Source: Candidatus Delongbacteria bacterium
GTDB lineage: Bacteria; UBA4055
Length of the DNA stretch: 31,518 nt
Assembly: GCA_046482655.1 (NCBI GenBank)
Contig: JAWOER010000037.1
Span: forward strand, 1-31,518
Direction of reading: 5' to 3'
Part shown: positions 1 to 8,450 of the stretch, piece after piece
How positions within the stretch are numbered: position 1 is the stretch's first letter
How the letters are laid out: each line of letters opens with the position of its first letter
Program-made: the position numbers and the translations under genes
The notes under the pieces: generated by a model
What the model was told of the DNA's origin: nothing
Seen by the model: the letters and a program-made list of their open reading frames with translations, nothing else
The model's database searches: none

Positions 1-348
1 CTTGGATTTTCTAACCTCCTGTATCCTTGCCGATTTACCCTTCCTTTTTCTGAAATAGTATATTTTGGCCTGTCTGACCTTACCTTCCTTAAGTCGGACT
101 ATTTTGCTGATGTAGGGTGAATTGACAGGAAAAATTCTTTCGACACCAACTCCGTTGGATATCTTCCTGATAGTAAATGTTTTGCCCACGCCTGAACCTT
201 TGAGCTTAATTACGACCCCGGCAAAGACCTGTATTCTTTCTTTGTTGCCTTCAGCGATCCTCTGGTGTACTTCAAGAGTGTCACCGGCATGAAAGTCGGG
301 TGTATCCTCTTTGATCTGATCGCTGTGCATTAAATTCAGCTTATCCAT
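1..348 (-). CDS. rplS: 50S ribosomal protein L19; 3' end runs off the window
   Basis: Not in the ORF track. Manual translation from ATG at 348: MDKLNLMHSDQIKEDTPDFHAGDTLEVHQRIAEGNKERIQVFAGVVIK...TFTIRKISNGVGVERIFPVNSPYI...GKVRQAKIYYFRKRKGKSARI. SD-like GAGG upstream; canonical position after trmD. Confidence 0.97.
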   Translation of the reverse strand, partial: MDKLNLMHSDQIKEDTPDFHAGDTLEVHQRIAEGNKERIQVFAGVVIKLKGSGVGKTFTIRKISNGVGVERIFPVNSPYISKIVRLKEGKVRQAKIYYFRKRKGKSARIQEVRKSK

Positions 349-359
349 TTGTTACCTCG

Positions 360-1043
360 CTATTTTAATTTATTTATCTTTTTGATTAGGTCCGGTCTGA
401 TCCTGCGGGTTTTTTCGACAGAACTATCACTGCGCCATTCGTCTATGGCCTTGTGATTTCCCGAAACAAGAACATCGGGAACAGATCTGTTTTCAAAAAC
501 AGGCGGTCTGGTAAAATAATCACAGTCAAGCAGCCCGTTCTCAAAAGAATCTGAATTTGCCGATTCTATATCTGAGATCACTCCCGGAATTAATCTGCAA
601 ACGGAATCAGTTATAATTGCGGCCGGTAATTCTCCTCCGGTAAGTATATAATCTCCCACCGATATCATACTGTCAACAAAATCATGTATTCGTGCGTCTA
701 TTCCTTTGTAATGGCCGCAGACGATCACAATATGCTTTTTTTCCGCAAGACATCTTGCCTTTTTCTGAGAATACACATCTCCGGCGGGTGTAGGCATTAT
801 GACGATAGAATCCCTGCTGCAAATTTCCCTGAGAGCCAATACAAAAGGTTCGACCTTCATTATCATTCCCGGACCTCCTCCGTAGGGTGCATCGTCAACA
901 GTTCTGTGCTTGTCAAAAGTCCAGTTCCTGAGATCGTGAACATTAATGTCCAGCAAACCCTTTTCGGCCCCTATCTTGAGGATAGAATTTTTTAAAAATC
1001 CCTCAAGAAGTTCGGGTAAAGCAGTGATAATATCAATTTTCAT
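360..1043 (-). CDS. trmD: tRNA (guanine-N1)-methyltransferase
   Basis: Motifs VDDAPYGGGPGM, CGHYKGID, SVGDYILTGGELPA and DYFTRP. Start moved from 1061 to MKIDII at 1043, overlapping the rimM stop. Confidence 0.97.
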   Translation of the reverse strand: MKIDIITALPELLEGFLKNSILKIGAEKGLLDINVHDLRNWTFDKHRTVDDAPYGGGPGMIMKVEPFVLALREICSRDSIVIMPTPAGDVYSQKKARCLAEKKHIVIVCGHYKGIDARIHDFVDSMISVGDYILTGGELPAAIITDSVCRLIPGVISDIESANSDSFENGLLDCDYFTRPPVFENRSVPDVLVSGNHKAIDEWRSDSSVEKTRRIRPDLIKKINKLK

Positions 1044-1560
1044 CAGGCAGCATTCCGTCAATTAGTAACGATCTTATCCGTTTGTTCTCTATGTCAATTT
1101 CCTTAATAAAATGCGATATCGCAGGTATAAGGACATCTTTTCCTCTGTAATCTACTACATAGATATCATTTGAAGACATTTCAATTACATCTTTTATTTT
1201 GCCGATAAGATCATTGTTCTGATCGAATACCTCACAGTCTAAGAGGTCTTCTATGTAATAGTAGTCCCGGGGCAGTTCATATCTTTCATTTTTGCCGACA
1301 GTAATGCGGTAACCTGTCAGATCTTTTGCCTTTTCTTCAGAATTTATGCCTTTTAACTTTACTATTATCTTATTCTCAGAAAGATCGATCTTTTCGACCT
1401 CAAGGTTTAAAGGAGTTCTTTTTTCTTTTGTAAGAAAAAGATTTTTCATCTTCCTGAACCTTTCGGGAAAAGATGTAAGTGGAACTATTGTCAATGAGCC
1501 TTTGATCCCGACTGTTTTTCCGATCTTACCCACAAAGATATAATCATCAGGATCTATCAT
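1033..1560 (-). CDS. rimM: 16S rRNA processing protein RimM
   Basis: VGKIGKTVGIKG N-terminus, YYIEDLLDCEV, NDIYVV...VLIPAI PRC barrel; lies between rpsP and trmD. Confidence 0.96.
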   Translation of the reverse strand: MIDPDDYIFVGKIGKTVGIKGSLTIVPLTSFPERFRKMKNLFLTKEKRTPLNLEVEKIDLSENKIIVKLKGINSEEKAKDLTGYRITVGKNERYELPRDYYYIEDLLDCEVFDQNNDLIGKIKDVIEMSSNDIYVVDYRGKDVLIPAISHFIKEIDIENKRIRSLLIDGMLPDEN

Positions 1561-1563
1561 AAC

Positions 1564-2172
1564 TTATTCTGCTGATTTCTGTTCTGCGTCTGATTCATCT
1601 TTTTTTTCTTTATCAGCATTTTCGGTCTCTTTAGTCGCTTTCTTTTCTTCCTCGGCTTTCTTTTTTGCTTCATCTGCAGCTTTCTTTTCGGCCTCTATTT
1701 TAGCTTTTGCTTTTTTCGAAAGAGTTTTCTTTTCAGTTTTCTTATTTGCTCTTTTCTCTTTCATCAGAAGCCAGTTCTTGTATGCCTCTTCTACTTCTTC
1801 ATCAGAATATTTTCTTACTGGTTCACCATTATCATCCGTTACAGCGATGAACTTAGCGATCTTTTTTCCGTTCCTGCCTTCTTTTTCAACCTTTTTTCTT
1901 TTGATCCTTCTCATCATGTCGTATCTGAGCATGATACCCTCTTCGCTAAAAAGATTTTTAACTGTCGGTGAAGGCTGTGCGCCCAGTAAAAGCCATTTGA
2001 TCGCTTTCTCAGGATCTATCTGGAGTCTCTTTGCCTGTCCATCAGCTACCGGGTCGTACAGGCCTATTTTTTCGATATAGTCCCCGTCCCTTCTCTTTCT
2101 GGAATCGATAGCTATAATCCTGTAGAAAGGTCTTTTTTTCTTTCCCATTCTGGTCATTCTCAGTTTTACCAT
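1564..2172 (-). CDS. rpsP: 30S ribosomal protein S16 with internal insertion and Lys/Glu/Ala-rich tail (202 aa)
   Basis: MVKLRMTRMGKKKRPFYRIIAIDSRKRRDGDYIEKIGLYDP and KWLLLGAQPSPTVKNLF core; SD GGAGG upstream. Confidence 0.97.
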   Translation of the reverse strand: MVKLRMTRMGKKKRPFYRIIAIDSRKRRDGDYIEKIGLYDPVADGQAKRLQIDPEKAIKWLLLGAQPSPTVKNLFSEEGIMLRYDMMRRIKRKKVEKEGRNGKKIAKFIAVTDDNGEPVRKYSDEEVEEAYKNWLLMKEKRANKKTEKKTLSKKAKAKIEAEKKAADEAKKKAEEEKKATKETENADKEKKDESDAEQKSAE

Positions 2173-2249
2173 TTTTCCTCCGGTTTTTTATTTTTATGTA
2201 ATTTAAAATGAACCTGGCGGGAACCAGTCCGGCAGATCCATTACACAAT

Positions 2250-3596
2250 TCATCTCATATTTTTTAACTGATTATTTCCAAACATTCCTTTTGAAAGTTT
2301 GTCGAAACCGATCTTGCGCATTTTTCTCATCATCAAATTCATCTGATCGAACTGTTTTATAAGCTGATTAATTTCCTGTACACTTCTGCCCGATCCTTTT
2401 GCTATCCTTAATTTTCTGGAACCGTTGAGAACTCTCGGTTTGTTTCTTTCTCTTCTGGTCATTGAATTAATGATCGCCTCTATCTTGATAAAAGCTTTTT
2501 CGTCAATATCAACAGCGTTCAGTTTATTACCTATACCGGGCATTAGCTTTAACATTGATTTGATCGAACCCATCTTTTTGATCTGTTTTACCTGAGACAA
2601 AAAATCTTCAAAAGTAAAGTCTTCTTTTTCCAGTTTTTTTGCCAGTCTTTCCGCCTCATTCTGATCGATCTTGTCCTGAGCGTTTTCCACAAGTGTAAGG
2701 ATATCACCCATACCCAATATTCTTTGGGCAAGCCTGTCCGGATGGAACATTTCTATCTCATCAAGTTTTTCGCCGGTACCCACGAATTTGATGGGCTTTC
2801 CTGTCACTTCTCTTATAGAAAGAGCCGCTCCGCCCCTTGAATCACCGTCCATCTTTGTCAGGATGACACCGGAAAAATCTAACTGCTCATTAAATTCCGC
2901 CGCTGTCGTTACCGCATCCTGGCCGATCATACTGTCGGCTACGAACAAGATCTCGTCCGGAGAAACCGAGTTTTTAATCTCTGTAAGTTCACTCATCATT
3001 GTTTCGTCAATATGAAGTCGTCCCGCAGTATCGAGTATAATAATATCTGCATCGTTCTCTGCCGCAAAATCGACTGAATGAGAACAAATTGCAGTAACAT
3101 TCTTTGAATCTTCTGAATATACAGGAACATTCAGCTGCTTTCCGAGAGTTTTTAACTGATCAATTGCAGCCGGTCTGTAAATGTCTGCTGCGACCATTAG
3201 GGGCTTTTTCTTGTATCTTTTTCTAAAGAAATTGGCCAGTTTGGCGGTATGAGTTGTTTTACCGGAGCCCTGAAGACCGCACATCATAATAATTACCGGT
3301 CCTTTTTTGTCCAGTAATACTTCACTGGTATCTCCTCCAAGCACATTCACAAGTTCTTCGTGAATGAATTTGATTATCTGTTGTCCCGGAGTGATCTTTT
3401 CATAGACCTTTTCGCCTATAGCTCTATCTTTGACCCTTTTGATGAATTTTTTTACTACAATATAGTTAACATCCGCTTCAAGAAGTGCAACTCTGACCTC
3501 GCGCAAAGAAGCCTTGATATTTTCTTCCGAAATACGGTGCTGGCCTTTTAGTTTTTTGAATATGGAGTCGAGCTTTCCGCTCAGTTCTTCGAACAT
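2250..3596 (-). CDS. ffh: Signal recognition particle protein Ffh
   Basis: GLQGSGKTT P-loop, DTAGR, TKMDGDSRGGAALS, and M domain (INSMTRRER, GSRKLRIAKGSG). Confidence 0.98.
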   Translation of the reverse strand: MFEELSGKLDSIFKKLKGQHRISEENIKASLREVRVALLEADVNYIVVKKFIKRVKDRAIGEKVYEKITPGQQIIKFIHEELVNVLGGDTSEVLLDKKGPVIIMMCGLQGSGKTTHTAKLANFFRKRYKKKPLMVAADIYRPAAIDQLKTLGKQLNVPVYSEDSKNVTAICSHSVDFAAENDADIIILDTAGRLHIDETMMSELTEIKNSVSPDEILFVADSMIGQDAVTTAAEFNEQLDFSGVILTKMDGDSRGGAALSIREVTGKPIKFVGTGEKLDEIEMFHPDRLAQRILGMGDILTLVENAQDKIDQNEAERLAKKLEKEDFTFEDFLSQVKQIKKMGSIKSMLKLMPGIGNKLNAVDIDEKAFIKIEAIINSMTRRERNKPRVLNGSRKLRIAKGSGRSVQEINQLIKQFDQMNLMMRKMRKIGFDKLSKGMFGNNQLKNMR

Positions 3597-3644
3597 GATT
3601 TTTTTGAACCCGTTTTATTAATACCTTACTTCTAAGGAAATGCG

Positions 3645-3673
3645 AATATAATGAAAAGACTGTAAAATCGCAA
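3645..3673 (-). promoter_or_regulatory. Putative promoter of the ffh-rpsP-rimM-trmD-rplS operon
   Basis: On the minus strand TTGCGA-17 nt-TATATT, about 50 nt upstream of the ffh start. Confidence 0.65.
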
Positions 3674-3777
3674 GTGAATTAATCCGCTTAATCTAATCAA
3701 AAATCGGTAAGCATGCGATCTGTGAGAGGAATAATAACTCTGTTTTGATCCAGCTTTTTTCTACTTGTCCAAAATGA

Positions 3778-3959
3778 AAATACTTGATTAATTGACGGAA
3801 ATTGATCAAAAGCAGCCAATTATATCAAGAAACCTTATAAAGGAAGTTTCTAAAATGAACCGCTGGTATTATTTTGATAACGGGATCAGAAACGATGTAG
3901 GGGAATTATGGGAGAACTATCGTCTCATAGTGATTCACGAATTATGTTTATCGTCCTAA
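3778..3959 (+). pseudogene. Degraded fragment of an AAA+ ATPase with DUF4143-type C-terminal domain
   Basis: Across frameshifts it reads KY.D*LT...SRNL/KEVSKMNRWYYFDNGIRNDVGELWENY. This matches the recalled family pattern YLDLL...FSRNLRKEI.K..RWYFYDNGIRN...RNDVG.LWEN. Only a 34-codon open frame remains (3855-3959). Confidence 0.7.
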
Positions 3960-4053
3960 ATTTAAACCCAATGCGGCCGAATTCAAAGTAAAATGTTTGT
4001 TTCATGATTTGTTTTTTTATATGAATATACGGAGTAGAAGTGGAGAAATCATT

Positions 4054-4081
4054 TTGAATTGCACGAAAATTTGTTTATATT
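4054..4081 (+). promoter_or_regulatory. Putative promoter of the TA pair
   Basis: TTGAAT-16 nt-TATATT, 35 nt upstream of the antitoxin ATG. Confidence 0.4.
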
Positions 4082-4116
4082 GCTCTCAGTTGAATAAGAG
4101 AATAAGGTGATACACT

Positions 4117-4368
4117 ATGACAACAAAAGAGCTTTACAAGATAGAAATACTCAAAGAATTGAGCCTTCTACCTGAAGAAAGTCTGAAAAATGTGAAACTA
4201 TATATCGAATTTATACTTAACAAAGAGCATAATAGAAAAGCAAGCCCTATAAATCTGAAAGGAATTTGGAAAGGTTCAGGCTTCGAAAAAATTTCTGATT
4301 TGCATAATGAAGTTAGTAAATTGAGAAAAAATTTATCAGCAGGCATTTTAAAGAAAGGGAATTTATAG
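4117..4368 (+). CDS. Putative antitoxin, DUF2281-like
   Basis: 83 aa, LPEESLKNVKLYIEFI...LKGIWKG pattern; SD AAGGTGA; 1 nt upstream of a PIN toxin gene. Confidence 0.7.
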   Translation: MTTKELYKIEILKELSLLPEESLKNVKLYIEFILNKEHNRKASPINLKGIWKGSGFEKISDLHNEVSKLRKNLSAGILKKGNL

Positions 4369-4369
4369 G

Positions 4370-4753
4370 ATGCAATATCTGCTTGATACCGTTGCAGTAA
4401 TTCGGCATTTTACCGGCAATAAAAATATTGGGAAGGCAGCTAAAGAAATATTGAGCAGAACAAATGATGTTCAGTTTTATATTTCAACGATCAGCTTAAT
4501 GGAAATTCTTTATTTGGCTGAAAAGAGCAGAATTCAGATCGATCTGAAAGACACTCTCAAAAGAATAAGAAGCTCATCCTTGTATTTCATTGTGGATTTG
4601 ACTCCTCAAATAATAGAATCGGCGATAGATCTTGATTTTTATGAACTTCACGACAGGATGATCCTTGCTACTGCAAAATGGCTTGAAATCCCTATACTAT
4701 CAAGCGACAAGAAATTTGAAGAAATAAAATCCATTACCTGCATCTGGGATTGA
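4370..4753 (+). CDS. PIN-domain (VapC-type) type II toxin, ribonuclease
   Basis: YLLDT, ISTISLMEI, ELHDRMILATA and ILSSDKKF; the four acidic PIN positions appear retained. Confidence 0.9.
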   Translation: MQYLLDTVAVIRHFTGNKNIGKAAKEILSRTNDVQFYISTISLMEILYLAEKSRIQIDLKDTLKRIRSSSLYFIVDLTPQIIESAIDLDFYELHDRMILATAKWLEIPILSSDKKFEEIKSITCIWD

Positions 4754-4798
4754 TTAATTGTTTGAAATAAAGTTAACTTAAATGATATGAGGTGTTTT

Positions 4799-6850
4799 AT
4801 GAAAAAGAATCCCCTGCTCGCAAAAGAAAAATTTGCCCCCTACAACAAGATCAAACCGGAACATTTTCTGCCCGCTACCAAAGAAATAATAAAAGAGGCA
4901 AGAGAAAGGACAAAAAAACTCATCTCCTTAAAATCAAAAAGAACTTTTAAAAATACGATGATCCCTTCAATGGAGATCTCGGAAGATATCAGTCAGGTGA
5001 TAGGCCCCATGGGTCAACTATACTCTGTCATGTCAAACGACAGAATAATCGAAGAGTATCAAAAATGCATGCAGCTTCTTACAGAATTTTCCAACGAGAT
5101 GTCGATGGATCCTGATAATTACAGAATGTACAAAGAGTACAGCAAGACAGCTGAAGCTAAAAAGTTAAAGGGAGAGAGAAAGAGGCACCTGGACAATGTG
5201 ATGAAAGGGTTCATTCTCTCCGGTGCTGAACTAGGCAAGAAAGACAAAGAGAAACTGAAGAAAATTAATTTAGAGCTTACCAATCTTTCACTGAATTTTC
5301 AGGACAATGTAACCAAGTCGGAATACAATCTGATAATTGATAATAAGAAAGATCTGAAAGGTCTTCCCGAAAATGTTATGTCTGCAGCAAAAGATAAGGC
5401 AAAGCAGCTCAAGTTGTCAAAGAAAGGAAAAGATATATGGGTCTTTAACTTGGATATGCCTTCATATATGGCTTTTATGAAGTACTCAGAGAATGATGAG
5501 CTAAAGGAGAAACTTTGGAGAGCATATTTTAAAAGAGGTACAGAAGAGGGAAAGGACAACCGGCCTTTAATAAAAAAAATACTCAAACTGAGAAAAGATA
5601 AAGCTAATCTTTTGGGCTTTGATACTTATGCACAGTATTCTTTGGAAACAAAAATGGCAGAATCCCCCGAAGTAGTAATGGATTTTTTGGATAACATCGC
5701 AACAAAAATAGAAAAACCGGCCAAAGCCGAATATAAAGAAGTCATCGATCTGCGAAACAAAACGAAAAAAATGAAGTCCAGAGTCATGATGCCATGGGAG
5801 ATGTCGTTTTGGACAAATAAACTGAAAGAAAAGAAATATTCATATAATGAGAACGAGGTCAGCGAATACTTTGAAGCCAACAATGTCATTGAAGGATTTT
5901 TTGAAGTAACGGGAAAGATCTACGGATTGACTTATGAGGAAATCAAAGGTATTCCTGTATGGCATAAAGATGTAAAAGTGTATAAGATAATAGATGATAA
6001 AAAACGATTCAGGGCGTATCTGTTTATTGATCTTTATCCGAGAACCGGAATGAAAAGACCCGGGGCATGGATGAATCAGTATGTTTCGGGTAAAACACTG
6101 AAAGGTAACGAAACATTACCCCAGGTTGGTGTCCATTGTAATTTTACGCCGCCATCAGGCAAGAAACCCTCACTTTTGAGATATGATGAAGTTACCACTC
6201 TGTTCCACGAGTGCGGCCATGCTCTTCACGGAGCATTGAGCCTTACAGAGCTTTCGGCAACATCCGGAGCAAGAGTTAAGTGGGATGTTGTGGAGCTTCC
6301 TTCTTCTTTTCACGAGAATTTTGTTTCCTGCAAAGAAGGGCTTAAACTCATAACAAAACATTATAAAACAGGTAAAAAAATGCCGGAAAAATTAATGGAT
6401 AAACTTATCAGATCCAAGAATTTTATGGAAGCAGTAGGTACCAGGCGGCAGATAACTTTCGGAATGTTCGACATGAAGCTTCATCACACAGAAAGCCTTA
6501 AAAAGAGAATGCCTTCTGCCCACGATGTCTATAAAAGAATGTATAAGAAGTATAACGAAACTCCTTATATCGAAGATTCTTATATGGAGGCTGCTTTCAG
6601 TCATATTTTCGCAGGAGGATATGCAGCGGGGTATTACAGTTATATGTGGGCTAATATTCTGGATGCCGATGCATTTTCCGCCTTTGAGGAAAAAAGATCA
6701 GTACTGGATAAAGGGACCGGCAAGAAGTTCATGAAATACATTCTCGAAAAAGGCGATTCGGAGGATATGAATATTTTATTCGAGAAATTCAGGGGGCGCC
6801 CTGTCAGTCATAAAGCTCTGCTCAAAAGACTGGGAATTAAAGAAGATTAA
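4799..6850 (+). CDS. M3 family metallopeptidase (oligopeptidase A / Dcp-like)
   Basis: DLYPRTGMKRPGAWM, TLFHECGHALH (HEXXH), WDVVELPS, FSHIFAGGYAAGYYSYMWA. Start placed at 4799 behind SD GAGGTG rather than 4787. Confidence 0.93.
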   Translation: MKKNPLLAKEKFAPYNKIKPEHFLPATKEIIKEARERTKKLISLKSKRTFKNTMIPSMEISEDISQVIGPMGQLYSVMSNDRIIEEYQKCMQLLTEFSNEMSMDPDNYRMYKEYSKTAEAKKLKGERKRHLDNVMKGFILSGAELGKKDKEKLKKINLELTNLSLNFQDNVTKSEYNLIIDNKKDLKGLPENVMSAAKDKAKQLKLSKKGKDIWVFNLDMPSYMAFMKYSENDELKEKLWRAYFKRGTEEGKDNRPLIKKILKLRKDKANLLGFDTYAQYSLETKMAESPEVVMDFLDNIATKIEKPAKAEYKEVIDLRNKTKKMKSRVMMPWEMSFWTNKLKEKKYSYNENEVSEYFEANNVIEGFFEVTGKIYGLTYEEIKGIPVWHKDVKVYKIIDDKKRFRAYLFIDLYPRTGMKRPGAWMNQYVSGKTLKGNETLPQVGVHCNFTPPSGKKPSLLRYDEVTTLFHECGHALHGALSLTELSATSGARVKWDVVELPSSFHENFVSCKEGLKLITKHYKTGKKMPEKLMDKLIRSKNFMEAVGTRRQITFGMFDMKLHHTESLKKRMPSAHDVYKRMYKKYNETPYIEDSYMEAAFSHIFAGGYAAGYYSYMWANILDADAFSAFEEKRSVLDKGTGKKFMKYILEKGDSEDMNILFEKFRGRPVSHKALLKRLGIKED

Positions 6851-6862
6851 AAGATAACAGAA

Positions 6863-7282
6863 ATGAAAAAAAAATCCTACAAAGGATTTTCTCTTATAGA
6901 ACTGATAACGGTTACAGTGATAGTAGCCGTCATCAGTTCTGCTGCCGTAATATCTTACCGTATCTATATGAAACGGGCGGTTATTGCGGTACTCAAGAAT
7001 GCCGTTATGGTAAATGTTTCATTAATACAAGCCCACAGGGATATTCATGGCTACTGGATAACCGACGATCCGGATAATCCTAATCTTACGACTCCCGAAG
7101 AACTGGAAGCCGCCGGTCTGGCCACGAGAAATCTTTCTGACGAATTTATGATGCGGGTCTTTCAGAGGGAGGGCTTTCCTCATGTTATAGCCAGAGAACA
7201 AATAGGAGAAAAAAAATACAGAATAGTTGTGGATTATCACTTTAAGACACGAGAGTTGAATGTTACAGAAGAGGAAGAATGA
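6863..7282 (+). CDS. Type IV pilin / pseudopilin-like protein
   Basis: Class III signal KKKSYKG|FSLIE followed by a hydrophobic helix; short Cys-free C-terminal domain. Confidence 0.85.
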   Translation: MKKKSYKGFSLIELITVTVIVAVISSAAVISYRIYMKRAVIAVLKNAVMVNVSLIQAHRDIHGYWITDDPDNPNLTTPEELEAAGLATRNLSDEFMMRVFQREGFPHVIAREQIGEKKYRIVVDYHFKTRELNVTEEEE

Positions 7283-8433
7283 AAGATCATGCGGTGATAC
7301 GGGAAAGTATCGAAAAAAAGTACGACTCTTTACTATCCGGATTCGCCTGTAAGAACTCAGAAGCAATAAGGAACAAGGAAGACGGCGATGAGATCAGGAC
7401 ACCTTTTTCTGTGGACCGTGACAGAATAATGTATTCCGGTGCATACAGAAGACTTGCAGGAAAAACCCAGGTGATATATTTTTCTTCTCTTTTGGATGAG
7501 CAGATCACGAACAGAATTATCCACATTCAGTATGTGTCGCAGGTTGCAAGGACGATAGGTAAGGCTCTGTCTTTGAATCAGGATCTTATAGAGGCTGCGG
7601 CACTGGGTCACGATCTGGGGCATACTCCTTTTGGTCACGACGGCGAAAAATATCTGGACAAGCTTTGCACAGAATACGGAATAGGAGGTTTTTATCATAA
7701 TGTCCACAGCCTCTATATCGTAGAGAAAATGTCTTACAGGGGTAAAGGGATGAACCTTACGCTCCAGACAAAAGACGCCATTTTATCTCATAATGGCGAA
7801 GTACATGAGAATAAGTTGTATCCTCAACGCAACAAAAAAGAGCAGGATATTTTTAAATATCTGGACAGAAAACTGCGTCCTGACCCCCGGGATATGCCTA
7901 TGACACTCGAAGGCTGCGTTATACGAATATCAGACACTATTGCCTATATCGGCACGGACATAGAAGATGCGATCCACCTTAATTTACTTTCCAGAAACGA
8001 TATTCCAAGATCGATTTCTAAAATACTCGGTACAAACAACAGTACAATAATTGACAGGCTTGTAAAAGATGTGATAACAGAAAGTTACGGTAAAAGTTAT
8101 CTCGGCTTTTCGAAAGGGGTATCGCGGTCACTCGGAGAATTAAAAGAATTTAATTACAGAGAAATTTACTTGAATGACAAACTTAAGCATGAAAGGAAAA
8201 AGATCGAGAAAGGTTTTACGGTTCTTTTTGAAACATACATGAATGATATTAAAGAAAAAAACAGAGATTCTGACATATTCAAACATTTTCTCGATTCAAA
8301 GAAAGATTTATACATGGAAGAGACAAATGACGCAGAAAAAGTCAGAGACTATATTGCAAGCATGACAGACAGATATTTTAAATATCAGCTGGAAAAAAGC
8401 ACGATACCGGCAATAGGATTTTATCCGATGTGA
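7279..8433 (+). CDS. dgt: HD-domain dNTP triphosphohydrolase (dGTPase-like)
   Basis: RTPFSVDRDRI, YRRLAGKTQV, LGHDLGHTPFGHDGE, SDTIAY..DIEDA, VRDYIASMTDRY. Confidence 0.88.
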   Translation: MKDHAVIRESIEKKYDSLLSGFACKNSEAIRNKEDGDEIRTPFSVDRDRIMYSGAYRRLAGKTQVIYFSSLLDEQITNRIIHIQYVSQVARTIGKALSLNQDLIEAAALGHDLGHTPFGHDGEKYLDKLCTEYGIGGFYHNVHSLYIVEKMSYRGKGMNLTLQTKDAILSHNGEVHENKLYPQRNKKEQDIFKYLDRKLRPDPRDMPMTLEGCVIRISDTIAYIGTDIEDAIHLNLLSRNDIPRSISKILGTNNSTIIDRLVKDVITESYGKSYLGFSKGVSRSLGELKEFNYREIYLNDKLKHERKKIEKGFTVLFETYMNDIKEKNRDSDIFKHFLDSKKDLYMEETNDAEKVRDYIASMTDRYFKYQLEKSTIPAIGFYPM

Positions 8434-8450
8434 CCTAAATTATCGGGAAT

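Noticed and set aside
3805-3820. AAAAGCAGCC near ffh, resembling the SRP RNA GGAAGCAGCC motif
   Set aside because: The CAGG...GGAA core and the long flanking helix are missing; the surrounding sequence fits a decayed protein gene better.
4076-4108. Imperfect inverted repeat (TATT..TCTC / GAGA.ATAA) as a TA operator
   Set aside because: Too degenerate to distinguish from chance in AT-rich DNA.
3597-4786. The island as an IS, prophage or integrative element
   Set aside because: No transposase, integrase, terminal inverted repeats or target-site duplication is visible.
6203-6217. HECGH instead of the usual HEFGH in the M3 peptidase
   Set aside because: Both X positions of HEXXH are variable; the His, Glu and downstream ELPS ligands are intact.
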